DNA of 64,000 nt from the human T2T-CHM13v2.0 reference genome, Homo sapiens, in the NCBI RefSeq assembly GCF_009914755.1, contig NC_060929.1. One strand, given 5' to 3'. The notes below the pieces were generated by a model, which made no database searches, was not told where the DNA came from, and saw only the letters and a list, made by a program, of their open reading frames with translations. Shown one piece after another: positions 47,921 to 61,010 of the stretch. The position numbers and the translations under genes were made by a program. Positions within the stretch are counted from its first letter, which is position 1. Each line of letters begins with the position of its first letter.

Positions 47921-48007
47921 TTTCCACCTGAGTACTAACCAGGCCCCACCCTGCTTAGCTTCCGAGAGCAGGCGAGATTGGGCTCATTCAGGGTGGTATG
48001 GCCAGAC
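47921..48007 (-). pseudogene. 5S rRNA pseudogene (RNA5SP-type), 3'-truncated retrocopy
   Basis: Reverse complement GTCTGGCCATACCACCCTGAATGAGCCCAATCTCGCCTGCTCTCGGAAGCTAAGCAGGGTGGGGCCTGGTTAGTACTCAGGTGG matches 5S rRNA nt 1 to about 87. TSD 'ctgattctcttt' at 47909-47920 and 48009-48020. Confidence 0.95.
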
Positions 48008-49671
48008 TCTGATTCTCTTTCATTTCCTGTTTCCCAATGGTCAAGATTTACTCCATGGAAAGTTAAGGCCCCTTACACTTCTGGGTGGCATCATCTAGCC
48101 CCTTCTCAGCTGCTCAGGTGCCGTGCCCCACTATGTAGCATTTCATCTGTGACACTGGGAATGAGGCGCCAACTGAGAGAAGACAGCAATTGAGGGAATC
48201 TTGAAAAAGGGCAAGGTTTATGTCCAATACAGAGACTGGAGATGTTTTCACTTTAATCTTCCTAGACTTGTGGACAGTACCTGCAGTACGTGGATCATTC
48301 ATGTGAATGGCTTTCAGATTACACCAGGTAATGCTTTCTTTGTCCCAACAGTGTGATGGTCATGGGGAAAGCTTCCAGCCCCATGGGAAGCCAGCAGTGG
48401 CAATAGTTTGGGGAAGGCTGTTCTTTCAGCATTCCTCAAATCAGTGAACTTACTCAGTGGAGGGTTGGTTTGGGATGTGTTCTTGGGTTGAGGGTTTGGC
48501 CTCAATTAAATTTAAACAATAGATTCCTGTAACATAAAGAGTAAAATTATAACATTATACAATGTTATATATAGCTGAAAGGGATCTTACTCTTCCCATT
48601 CTTTTCTGAATGATTTTGTGAAGAGCCTGACAAAATCTCCTTTTCTTCCTTCTCTCCTTCTTCCTTCTCATTCTCACAAAGCAGAGAGATAAAGGCAAGA
48701 AGCCTATCACTCAAACACTGTCCCATGTCCCAGTAAACACAAACAGAGCTCCCGAAGGAGCTTTCAGAAAATTGCCCCTGCTGGCGTATTCCTTGTTTGG
48801 GTGCCAGGTGAGGGGAACCCTATTGTGTGAATACACAATGTGCCCAGTCTCTCTCCATCGAGGTCCATCACCATCTTTCTGCTGGTTGGAGATTATCACT
48901 GGCAACGCCTGCAGAGGAACCTGGGACCATATCTGCCCACTCTAGTCCCTCCACGAAAGCCGCAGGAGGATTGCCCCTTACTGACCACCTGCTGGCATGC
49001 ACTGATGAAACTTCAGGTCACACAGTTGCTGCCACGGAGGTGAGAATTGGATTGGGTGGGTTAGAGCGAGTTTTGGGGTGGCAAGGCATAAAAGCAGATG
49101 GCCTGCCCTAACTGGAGGGTTTGTGCCTATTTTGCAGATTACAGAGATCTTTTGGGAAGTGGATGTGAAGGGCTCCGGAATGTTCCTGCCTGTGCCATTC
49201 CAGGGTGAGTTCTTGGGTGTTCATGCGGAAGGCCCGAATATTCTGTTATGGGTATCTTTCTACACAAAAACGTTATGCTGTACCCTCTACAACCTGTGTT
49301 CTAGTCAGTGCTAGACTTATCTGCAAAAGTGTCGGCAGAGAAAATGAGGTGAGGGTCTCTGAGAGACTGGCATTGAAAACTGGCTCTAGGGTTCTATGGG
49401 AAGAGAGGAGGGATGGCTGGGAGGCGAACTAATTTCCCAAGGCTAGAGCCTGTCTTAACGTCTCCTTTGGGGGAACCCAAGTTCTACCAAAGTTTAAAGT
49501 GGCAGAGTTTGAAGACAATACAGGCCCCAGGCCCATAGTCTGTGGATGAAACCGTAAATCTATCCCTCATCAGAGGGAGGCAGAAAGATGCTTCAAGCAT
49601 GTAAACCCTGCCACTCAAGAGGTAGCGTCTAAGTGGGAGAAGAAGAAACATCATCATATGTTGGTCTAGAA

Positions 49672-50190
49672 CAGAGATTCTCAAGTGTTTGGGTCTCAAG
49701 ACTCCTTCACTCTCTTACAAGTGATAGAGGACCATAAGGAACTTTGGTATATGTGAGTTATATCAACCTATAGTTACTATACTTGAAATAAAACCCGGAG
49801 GACTTAAAAAAGTTTATTAATTTTAAAAACTCCAATAATAAACCCAATACCAATGAACATAAATACCACATATTTATGAAAATGACTTATTTTCTGAGAC
49901 AAAAAATTATCAAAATGACACTGATGTATGTCTCTATAAAATGTTTGCCAATCTCTTTGATATCTGGCAAATCTCTCTTTGAGAAATGCTTTCTATCAGA
50001 AGACAGCTGGATTCTCATATCTGTTTCTGCACTAGTCTGTTTGATATCACATATCATGTAGCCTCTGGAGAGCACTAATGCACACTTGAGAGGACGAGAT
50101 GAAAAAGGCGATTGATGCCTCAGTGTTATCATGAAAACTAGTTTTGACCTGAAAGAGGCTTAAAGTTTCCAAACCACACTTTAAGAATAC
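49672..50190. mobile_element. hAT-Charlie non-autonomous DNA transposon
   Basis: Ends resemble Charlie TIRs ('cagagattctcaagtg...' and '...ccacactttaagaatac'); AT-rich interior. Confidence 0.65.
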
Positions 50191-50599
50191 CCGGTCAAGA
50201 ATTTTCTGGTGAAACTTATTTATTTACTGTTCTTTTAAAAACAAGGGGTTTTTAATATCCATGAAAAGATAACTATTGATTCTTATTTGGCAGTAGAGAA
50301 AGTCTTAATGGTTAAAAAATTTGTAGTTTAGTGAAAATCATTTCTGGGGAAATATATTTGCTTCCATATTTTTTCCTGCAGCTTTCAATCTTGCTGGTAA
50401 GTACACTTCTACTTAGATGCTCTTTGCTTTGTGACAGAGAAACTCATATTTCTGATTTTTTCTTTAACTGAGGTTTTTCATTCCTGTGATCTCAGGCCTG
50501 CCGTGAGCCAAGGGACTTTGGCTGGGGCTGGGGATGGGATGAGAGGGTGGGAAGGTTAAGAGCTGGATCTGCCGTTTGCTGAGTGTGTGACCTTCACCG

Positions 50600-51075
50600 A
50601 TTTACTTAGTGAATCCAGAAAGAAGCTTTTTATTGGAAGTAGCCAAAACAAACAAACAAACAAACAAAACAAAACAGAAAAACCCAGCCTGAAAGCCTTA
50701 AACAAGAAGAACAATGTATTTTCTCATATATTATGAAGGCTGAGGTAGAATTTCATTAGAGTTGGTTGATTCAATGGCCCGATAAGGGAGAACTCAGGTT
50801 CTTGCCATCTTTCTACTCTGCCATCTTCAACATACCAGTAGTATCTTTAGCTACTCTTCTTGGTACCCTGAGTCACGTCTGGACACAACATCTGATGGAA
50901 GAAACAGGAACTTTTCTTCCCATATGTCTCTTTATTATCTAGTAATCCTTTCCAAAAGCCTCCCCCCTTCCACTAGCAGACCTCATCTCATGAATTATTG
51001 AACAAAACTAGGTCACTTGTTCCTACCTAAGCCAAACCCCAGCTATTGAAAGTGGGTTTCTGTGATGGGCCTCCC
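50600..51075 (-). mobile_element. MLT1-type LTR fragment
   Basis: 'ccttaaacaagaagaacaatgtattttctcata...caggttcttgccatctttctactctgccatcttcaac...gtcacttgttcctacc'. Confidence 0.55.
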
Positions 51076-52970
51076 TAATTTGTATGCATGCCAGAGCTGC
51101 TTGGGGAGGGGTGGACATTTGAAAAAAATTTGAGATTGGTCAATGAGGAGGGAGCGTATTGGGTAGAAAACCGCTCATGTCTGCTACACTTAAGTTTGCT
51201 GAGCCTCATTTTCCTTATCTGCAACATGGAGTAAGAATAGTATCTGCTATAAGGCACATGATGCTAGCTATTATTTCAGTTGTCATTATTATTAAGCTCC
51301 TGGATAGTATCATGAGAAGCAGTTGATTAAGGAGAATTGCTCCAAAACTTGCTTTTTGAAATCTTTGAGTACCACATACATATATGTAGGAATGGATGGC
51401 AAATCTCACCAAAGTTTATACAGTCAAATTGGTAGAATAGCCTCTCTTCTATAGATCTCCTCCTCTATTGATAATATCTCCGATCACATATTGATAATAC
51501 CTTTTATTTTTTGACTTCATGTCTTGGATGAGTTGAAGCTGGATTGGTCGTGGCTTATATAAGTCCGAGAAAGGGATTCGGGACAAAGTTTTGTTTTGCT
51601 TTTGTCACAAAAACATTCTAGATTACACATATATGAGCTGAGCTGACTGCAGGGTGCTCAATGCAGAGAAAGTTCGTATTATTTAAATAAATGATTTTAT
51701 ACTCATTTATTTTTTGACTGTGCCATGTACTACAGTAGGTCCTTTACATATACATGTTTTTCGAATCCTACCAACAAAAATGTATTGGTGCGTTCTTCTC
51801 ATTCATTCAACATATATTTGATTGCCAGTAATCTCATTTTACAGACAATAAAATGGAGGTTTACAGAGGTTGACGCACATGGTTACAGTGATATAGCTGG
51901 TAAGTGGCCACGTTGGGATTTGTGCTTAGGTCAGCCTGACTTCACTCCATGCAAAGTCTTCATGCCTTCGTTTCCTGAGAGCTTCCTCAGTGTTCAATTT
52001 CACCAGGCTTCACCATTAAGAATGGAGGTGGGCGGGATCAGTGACAGGGTGTTGGCTCACACTGAGGGGTGAAGCCAGATCCCAGGATGGTCTGTTGTTA
52101 GATGGCCCCCTCTGGTCACCGTACTTCCCTGGAATTTGGGTTTGTTCCTCTTGGCTCCTGCAGGTGGCAGGTTTGTACCAGTCAGTGCTTGCCTTCTCCT
52201 TGCCAAGAGACTAAAGTGGGGAGAATGACTTTGTTGGCAAACTGTAGACATCAGATGCATCACTTTCTGGACTCATTCTGTAGGATGGGCAGCTGGCTCT
52301 TTTCAGCTACCCTCATGCAAGAAGATGGAATAAACTGCATTTGAATTGGAATTTTACTTATGAAACGTGCCCTCAAATATTTAATACACACTTATCCCAA
52401 TGACAAATGTTGACGCACTTAGGGAATGTATTGGCACCTATAGCTAACACATCTATTATGTTTATCTGTACAATCGCCATAAGCTTCCTAATGTGGTGGG
52501 TATGAATTATTTATGTAGCATAGTGCTTGGTGCTTGTGACTTCTCAGTTGATGTTTGTAGAAAGCATTAGTGAATAACTTGGAGTAAGATGATCTGGGTT
52601 TCAGCTTTTAGTTGGTTATTTCCTATTTGGGAAGCTTTTAGTAAGTCAGATGTTCTCTGAATCTCAGTTTCCTCATCTGTAACATCAATCATGATGATAA
52701 TTCCTAAGCTCACTTTTTATGGGAATGAAAGGCATATGGAAAGGACTTGGTATAGTACTTGTCAGAGATGGTTATTATTTTTAGGTGACCACACCAAAGT
52801 TGTAAAATATGTTAGTGTTTGATACCTCCTTGTTGGGATTATAATATAAAATGTCTGGGGCTAGAATTTAGCCAGATCCCACTGGTGACACCTCATCTCT
52901 GGTTGGAATTTCCTGCCCTCTTCTCAAAGTACATACCTTTGTCACTTCACATGGATAATTGTTGAAGTAA

Positions 52971-53334
<364 letters not shown>

Positions 53335-53480
53335 CTTTCTTTCTCTTTTTAAATATAATTTTGTCATCTTTCTTCTAGACAATAGATTATCCCTTTAAAA
53401 CATTTTTCTTGTAAGACATTTACTTTTGTTAAATGGTGAAAAGTTAACAGTTTCTTATCTAGATTTATAAAGATTTTTTA

Positions 53481-54815
53481 AAAATTTCAACTTTTATTTT
53501 AGATACAGGGGTACATATGCAGGTTTATTACATAAATGGACTGCACCCAGGTCATGAGCATAGTACCCAATAGGTAGTTTTTCACCTCATTCCCTCCCAC
53601 CCTCTCCCATCTAGTAGTCTGCAGTGTCTGTTGTTCCCATGTTTATGTCTATGTATGTTCAATATTTAGCTCCCACTTTTAAGTGAGAACATGCAGCATT
53701 TGGTTTTCTGTTCCTGCATTAACTCACTTAGGATTATGGCCTCCAGCTCCATCCATGTTGCTGCAAAGGACATGATTCATTCTTGTTTATGTCTGTGGAA
53801 TATTCCATGGTGTATATGTTCTACATTTTCTTTATTCAGTCCATCATTTATTGGCACCTAAGTCAATTCCATGGCTTTGCTATTGTGAGTAGCATGGCAA
53901 TGAACATATGAGTGCATGTGTCTTTTTGGTATAATAATTTATTTTCCTTTGGGCATATACCCAATAATGGGATTTCTGGGTCGAATGGTAGCTCTGTTTT
54001 AAATTCTCTGAGAAGTCGCCAAACTGCTTTCCACAGTGGCTGATCTAATTTACATTCCCACCAACAGTGTATAGGTATTCCGTTTTCTCTGCAGCCTTGC
54101 CAGCATCTGTTTTTTTTTTTTTTTTTACTTTTTAGTAATGGTCATTCTGAATGGCGTGAGATAGTGTCTCATGGTGGTTTTGATTTCCATTTCTCTGATG
54201 ATTAGTGATGATGAACTTTTTTTTTTTTTTGAGATGGAGTCTCGCTTTGTTGCTCAAGCTGGAATGCAGTGACGCGATCTTAGCTCACTGCAACCTCCAC
54301 CTCCCAGGTAGGTGGGTTCAAATGATTCTCCCACCTTAGCCGCCCAAGTAGCTGGGATTACAAGTGCGCCACCACACCCTGCTAATTTTTTTTTTGTATT
54401 TTTAGTAGAGATGGGGTTCCACCATGTTGACTAGGCTGGTCTCTAACTCCTGACCTCAAGTGATCCTCCTGCCCAGGCCTCTCAAAGTGCTGGGATGACA
54501 GGCATGAGCCATCGCACCCAGCCAGATGAGCATTTCTTCATATGTTTGTTGGCCACTTGCATGTCTTCTGAGAAGTGTCTGTTTAGGTCCTCTGCCCATT
54601 TTTTAATGAGGTTATTTGGTTTTTGCTTGTTGATTAGTTTAATTTCCTTATAGAGTCTGGATATTAGACTTTTTTCAGATGCATAGTTTGCAAATATTTT
54701 CTCCCGTTCCCTAGATTGTCTATTTACTCTGTTGATAGTTTCTTTTGCTGTGTAAAAGCTCTTTAGTTTAATTAGGTTCCACTCATCAACTTTGTTTTGG
54801 TTTCAATTGTTTTTA
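53481..54815 (-). mobile_element. L1PB/late L1PA 3' fragment interrupted by an Alu
   Basis: Antisense L1 3'UTR and ORF2 end ('caacttttattttagatacaggggtacatatgcagg', 'gctcccacttttaagtgagaacatgcagcatttgg'). Confidence 0.88.
54216..54524 (-). mobile_element. AluS SINE
   Basis: Antisense Alu in L1, flanked by 'gatga(a/g)c'. Confidence 0.9.
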
Positions 54816-55769
54816 TTTCCCTCTCATTTCTGAAGGCTTTTTTCAAGGAGGCCCTTCCATAATCCTAACTTCCATGTGCTTCTGTCACCTGACCACCATT
54901 ATCCACCCACTAACATCCATGCAAAAAGGGTGTGCAGTGGCAGCAGGGTAACTCTTGGGACCCCAATGAGCTTTGTGCATTTTCACTTCTCAGCCTGTGT
55001 GTGCTCTCCCTCTCCTTCTCCCTCCTTCCTTGGAAGGTCTTCTCCATCCTCTCTTTACCCCAAACCACATCTACATCTCCAGGATCCCTCTTCCGTGAAG
55101 GTCTCATCCATCCCATGCTGATCTCCCCACTTTGAACTCCCTTTGCTCTTATGAGGCATTACAGATTGCTGGATATTTAAAGGCATGGTCTTTGGTGTCG
55201 GACAGCCTGGAATAAAATCCTGGCAAATGATTTAAACTTTATGTGGGTTGGTTTCCTTACCCCTAAAGTGGCAATAATTATAGTACCTACTTAATAAAGT
55301 TGTTTTGAGGATTCAACAACATGATTTATATAAAGCATTTAGCACAGTCGTTGGAACAGAGTAAACACTCAATACACTGCCACTATTACTATCCTGATCA
55401 GTATTATCAGTAAAGAGATTACTTGATACTTCTTTATTGCTTGTATCGGATTGGGCCTCATCTTCCTAGGTAGATAGCTTCTTATATTCAGGGACTGTGT
55501 CCCATGTTTCTTTGCTGCAACCCTTGCATTCATTGCCTTATATACTCCCTGAACATGGCAAGTACACCACAACTTCTTATTGCTTGATCAGTCTTGTCTA
55601 GTATTAAGAAATAAAACCGATCTTTGGTTAATTTTTAGTAAAGCCACATAGACACTGATTGAGGATGCCATTGCCATGTGCCAAGAATATCTACAAAGCT
55701 TTCTGATTAGAGACAGTGGCCCATTCAGAATTCACAGAGTAGCCTGTCTGACTGTAATATACATTTTAT

Positions 55770-56070
55770 TTAATTTTTTGAGACAGGGTCTCGTTGTTGC
55801 CCAGGCTGGAGTGCAGTGGTGTGATCTCGGCTAACTGCAGCCTCGACCTCCTGGGCTCAAATGACCCTTGCACCTCAGCCTTCCATGTAGCTGGGACTAC
55901 AGGCATGCACCACCACACCCATCACACTTGGCTAATTTGTGTAATTGTTCTTTTTAGAGATGGGGTTTTGCCGTGTTGTCCAGGCTGGTCTCAAACTCCT
56001 GAGCTCAAGTGATTTGCCTGCCTCAGCCTCCCAAAGAGCTAAGGTTATAGGTGTGGGCCACTGTGCCTGA
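55770..56070 (-). mobile_element. AluJ SINE
   Basis: AluJ diagnostics ('gcagcctcgacctcctgggctcaa'); 16-bp TSD 'taatatacattttatt'. Confidence 0.9.
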
Positions 56071-56109
56071 TTATAATATACATTTTATTAAAACAAAGAG
56101 TTCATATCC

Positions 56110-56785
56110 TTTTTAAAGTTTATTTTTTTTTACTGTAAGTTCTGGGGTACATGTGTAGAATGTGCAGGTTTGTTACATAGGTACACACGTGCCATGGTGG
56201 TTTGCTACACCCATCAGCCTGTCATCTACATTAGGTATTTGTCCTAATGCTATCCCTCCCCTAGTCCCCCACCCCCCGCAACAGGCTCCAGTATGTTATG
56301 TTCCCCTCCCTGTGTCCATGTGTTCTCATTGTTCAACTCCCACTTATGAGTGAGAACATGAAAGTGTTTGGTTTTCTGTTCCTGTGTTAGTTTCCTGAGA
56401 ATGATGGTTTCCAGCTTCATCCATGTCCCTGCAAAGGACATGAACTCATCCTTTTTTATGGCTGCATAGTATTCCATGGTGTCTATGTCCATTCTATCCA
56501 TTCTTTATCCAGTCTATCATTGATGGGCATTTGGGTTGGTTCCAAGACTTTGCTATTGTGAGTAGGGCTGCAATAAACATACGCATGCATGTGTCTTCAT
56601 AGTAGAATGATTTATAATCCTTTGGGTATATACCCAGTAACGGGATTACTGGGTCAAATGGTATTTCTGGTTCTAGATCCTTGAGGAATCACCACACTGT
56701 CTTCCACAGTGGTTGAACTAAATTACACTCCCACCAACAGTGTAAAAGCATTCCTATTTCTCCACATGCTCTCCAGCATCTGTTG
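56110..56785 (-). mobile_element. 5'-truncated L1PA (L1PA7/8-like) 3' end
   Basis: Minus-strand ORF TMEYYAAIKKDEFMSFAGTWMKLETII plus 3'UTR; degenerate TSD 'aaaacaaa(g/c)agtt(c/t)at(a/t)tcc'. Confidence 0.9.
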
Positions 56786-56984
56786 CAAAACAAACAGTTT
56801 ATTTCCTATACAATTTGCTCATTGTCTATAACATTGGGAAATAAAGGAGAAAAGTGTGACAAGTGACTAAATAATTTCAGTGATGACTAGGACATTTGTG
56901 AAGTTTATCAGCCAACAAAACATAATAAAATTGAGTTGGTCCCTAGTCTCCCAAATATCCCCTCTCTGCAGCTCTGGAGGGCTG

Positions 56985-56992
56985 TGACGTCA
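56985..56992. promoter_or_regulatory. Full palindromic CRE (TGACGTCA)
   Basis: Exact octamer in unique sequence with a nearby CpG cluster 'gctcgcgtccacgg'; function unproven. Confidence 0.4.
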
Positions 56993-58721
56993 ACGAGGAA
57001 TAATGGCTCGCGTCCACGGTTCTGGTTGTTTTCTCCTTCAGTTTTCACAATTCTTTTTTTTTTTTTTTTTTTTTAAGTGCTAACCTGCTTTCTTTCTCTC
57101 TGCCAGGGGTGGATGTGATTACAAAGCTCTTCTCAGCCTCAGGTAAAGATTATTGTTACCTGTGGTCCTGAGAGACCTGGCTCTATTTCTCAAACCTTTT
57201 GTATGTGTGCTGGGAAACCCTAGGGTTAAATGTCACTTCTCTAGAGAGCTGGGGGAACTTTCACCACCACAAAGTGGCCTAATCCCACGCTCTGTCTGAG
57301 GGTTTCTCTGGAGTCCCTCTGCTGGCCATGAGAAACAAGAGCAGAAAGCAGTTCTTTAGAATAAGAAACCCAGAATTTTGTATTTGAAAGTGATACATAG
57401 AGATGTAGAGAGGCAAGACTTTTCCTGCTCAGCAAAGGGAAGTCACACTCAGGTTATGATCTAAAGCAGTGAGACTAGGTGCAAAATCAAAATTAATTTA
57501 ATACAGGGTACTGGAAAAAAATAATTCCTTTGAGGAATAACTGGAATGTACAACTAATGTTTGGTTTTTAGAACAAGGCTGGAAGGCATGTTCCTTACCC
57601 ACAAATACTCCGCCTTTCCCCCAGGTTGCTTTGGTCTGGTCTAATTCATGAGTCAGATTACCAAGGTATCATACAAATAGACAGACGCCATACAGATACC
57701 AAACTGAACCGATGGAATCAGACACTTGAGTGTGCGCAATTGATGCAGCACTCTGATTACGGACTGGGCTTTGTGGTCCATTGGCCCTGGGTTTCATTAA
57801 CTGTCCAGGCTCCCTCCAGAGACTCAGGGCATGTTTTGTTGCTGTGGGTGGTGCTCTTGCTCTATCAAAGGGACCGCAAGAGAGTATGCGCTTCAGATGA
57901 TGACCAGTATAGGTGCTGAAGGACTTCTTATACAAAAAGAAGCAGCTCCTGGTGTTTGTCACCAAAAGGATGAGAAAAAGAGAAATGAAAATCAACCACA
58001 TATGCAACAATGTCATATCTTCTCGACTCATTTTCTGATCAAACGAAAATGAAAATAAAATCCATGCACTATACAATGACTTAGAAATATCTACCAGCCC
58101 AGAGAAGTAGATAAAGAGTGAAAATATTTCAAAGGAGATGGATGAGAAATAGATGGCACTTGGTGGAAAGTCCTGACAATACAGCAAAGGAGAAACTGGT
58201 CACTTGTGTTTAGGAAAGGGCAATGTACTGAGGGGCCTTGGCCATCCCTGAGGTGCAATGCATGACAGCAGCCAGTGGGGGTCAGAGGTGCTCCATGGCT
58301 TAGAGCGCCTTTAACCCTCAGCCTGCAAATCCTGCTCACAGGAGACCAGCTGGACCTCCTTTGGAGCTGGTACTTCCCTCCAGGCAGAGCAGAACTGTGA
58401 AAACATAGGAGGTGGTTGATCTCATATGCTTTACCACAAGCGCACTTTTGACTTCAAGACAGTTTGCTGATTTTATTTTTTCTTTCACTTATTCTCTTCC
58501 CGTTTCTCTTGTTCCCAGCAAAAACCTCTCTGTTGATCATGGATACAGGACAGTCATCTCTCTGAGTTAAGCATGTGAACACCCAAAATCAAGGACTATA
58601 GCCTGTTTCCTGAACCCTTATCTCTCTAGGGTACAGAACTTTTTTTAAGTCACTGGCAGTTTGGAGACAATGCTTAAGTGGGTGGGTGGTTCTGGTTGGT
58701 TTATAGGTACACACGGGCATC

Positions 58722-58932
58722 CGGGCTGGAGGTGGCTCACACAAGCTCATGAGAGCCAGTTGTGTAATCTCTTCCCTGCCCCTAGTTAAGTGATGTCATG
58801 TTGGTAGCTTGATGTTGGCCATAGTGGGAGTATTTATGCTACAAAAATGGCCATTTACTGCAAATCAGGACTACCCCTCTCCCTGCAGCACCCCAGAAAG
58901 CTGGTTGTTAAATACAATGAGTACACCAATGG
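58722..58932. mobile_element. MER63-like hAT-Blackjack element
   Basis: 'catgttggtagcttgatgttggccatagtgggagtattta...ctggttgttaaa...caccaatgg'. Confidence 0.65.
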
Positions 58933-58973
58933 CCCCAGGGCAGGTTTAAGAGTCAGAGAAGGTATAAATTGCT

Positions 58974-59250
<277 letters not shown>

Positions 59251-59989
59251 TTACTTAGCCTCATGTATGTTCATGTTCAGGCCACAATGCATCTAGTGAA
59301 AAGAAAAAGGAGCAGTGTTTGATTAGCTGAGAGGATCTTCCAGTATGAACCATTCCAGAAACTATAGTCAACAATCCTTTAAAGATGCCTTTCCTATTAA
59401 GGGCAAGCAAGAAATTAAATAAAATTTTTGTTTGTAATTTTTAACAGTTGAATTGCAGTACTAAGTGGCTCATGAAGCCATGCACCATCTTTTTCCTTTC
59501 AATTTTGAGCCTTAGGAAAAATGTGAGCTTTCTTAGAAAGCTTGTAACATCAGATTTATCGTTTTTATGAAGCAAAAATCCAGAATAAAAACAGTGACCA
59601 CCAGGAACCATTGAACAATACATGTTTGCTCATGTCATGTTCATGTATAACTCATGGATTTAAAGGCATAAAGTTAGCTTTTCTCAGAGAAAACACTCTA
59701 TCACATTCATGGATTAACTTTCACCCTGGCCAGTCTATCAAAATTACTGGAAGACACACACATTCAAGGAGTTTGCTGTATTATAACATTTGCAACACTT
59801 TCTGCAAAGGAAATAGGTTTAAGTCATTAGATCACAATATATATTTTTATCATTAATGAAATGTTTTCAGATAGATTATCGGCCCCATGGGGTTTCTGGC
59901 CATGCAAGGAAGATGGCTAAATGGGGGTGCTAGCTCTCTGGGCTTGGGAGATGGAGTAAAAGCAGTGGGCAGGAGGGCTGAGGAAATAA

Positions 59990-61010
59990 GTCATTATAAT
60001 GAGGCGGTGGGAGCCAGGTTTCTCACTGCAAGAAAAGAGTAATAAACATAGGAAAGGAGAAAGCTAGAATGAACGCTGTGGTCTATGGGATTAGGATGAG
60101 AAGTTTTGGTGTAAATTTAGAGTTTGCACTATGTGGGGTTGGATAAAGAAACAAAACGTTGATATACATTTCTGTGAGTCTGTGCATACACTTTATATCT
60201 TCATGTGTGCGTATGTATACACGTTCACACATGTACACAAATACATACATTTCCTAGCTTTGTACTAGAGAGAGCTTGGGAGTAGTGAAATCCAATAACA
60301 AAGATCCTACCTAGAATTTAGTTTCTAAATATTATACTATTTTTCCATGAATATGGACCAGAATTCCTTGGAGAAATGGCCGATCTCACAGGTGGACCAG
60401 GAAAAATATGCCAAGTTTAAAATATCTTGTTGTGCCAGAAGGTAAGAAAGTAATCAAATAATGATGGCAACATAGAGGACATGGGACAGCCGGAAGGGGT
60501 GCCAGCTGGCCCAATCTGGGATGATTTGTGTGTCCAAGTAACCACAGTATTAGATTATATCCCATTGATTAAAATAGATATCCATGAGTCTATCCTGATA
60601 TAACAAGCAAATGAACACATAAATGGAAAGAGAATGCTCTTTCCTAAAGTAGAATGCCAGCTAATGAATGCTGAAAAAATTAAGGACTTAGAGCAATTTG
60701 AGAACCATAGTAATTATTTTAGGCAAAATGCATCAATAGATTTGAAAGCTGGAAGGTGAAAGTTGAGTAAAGAATGGGATGTTTACACAGTCTAGGGGTA
60801 TCTCTCCAGGAAACACTTGTTGACTGCAAAGTAAAAAAAGGTAATTGGTGGTAACTGGGAGATACAGGGTTTCTTTTTGGAGTGATGAAGACATAGTAGA
60901 ATTAGATCATGGTAATGGTTGCACAACATTATGAATTTACTAATAATCACTGAATTGTACACTTTCAAACAGTGAATTTTATGTTACATGAACTTATCTT
61001 TAAAAAAATA
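59990..61010 (+). mobile_element. L1MC/L1ME 3' fragments
   Basis: 'gaattccttggagaaatggccgatc', 'gggtttctttttggagtgatgaag...aatggttgcacaacattatgaatttactaa...tgaattgtacactttc'. Confidence 0.7.

Larger units (their letters stand above)
47297..48200 (-). mobile_element. Old MaLR/ERVL LTR hosting an Alu and a 5S retrocopy
   Basis: Begins 'tgtcttagtcttgatctcctagagaacaaaacctaagg'; degraded; boundaries approximate. Confidence 0.5.

Noticed and set aside
47921-48007. Functional 5S rRNA gene
   Set aside because: Lacks the last 30 or so nucleotides, carries substitutions and small deletions, and is a single copy with a TSD.
57669-58187. 172-aa hydrophobic minus-strand ORF as a membrane protein
   Set aside because: Non-ATG start, T-rich composition explains the hydrophobicity, and no family is recognisable.
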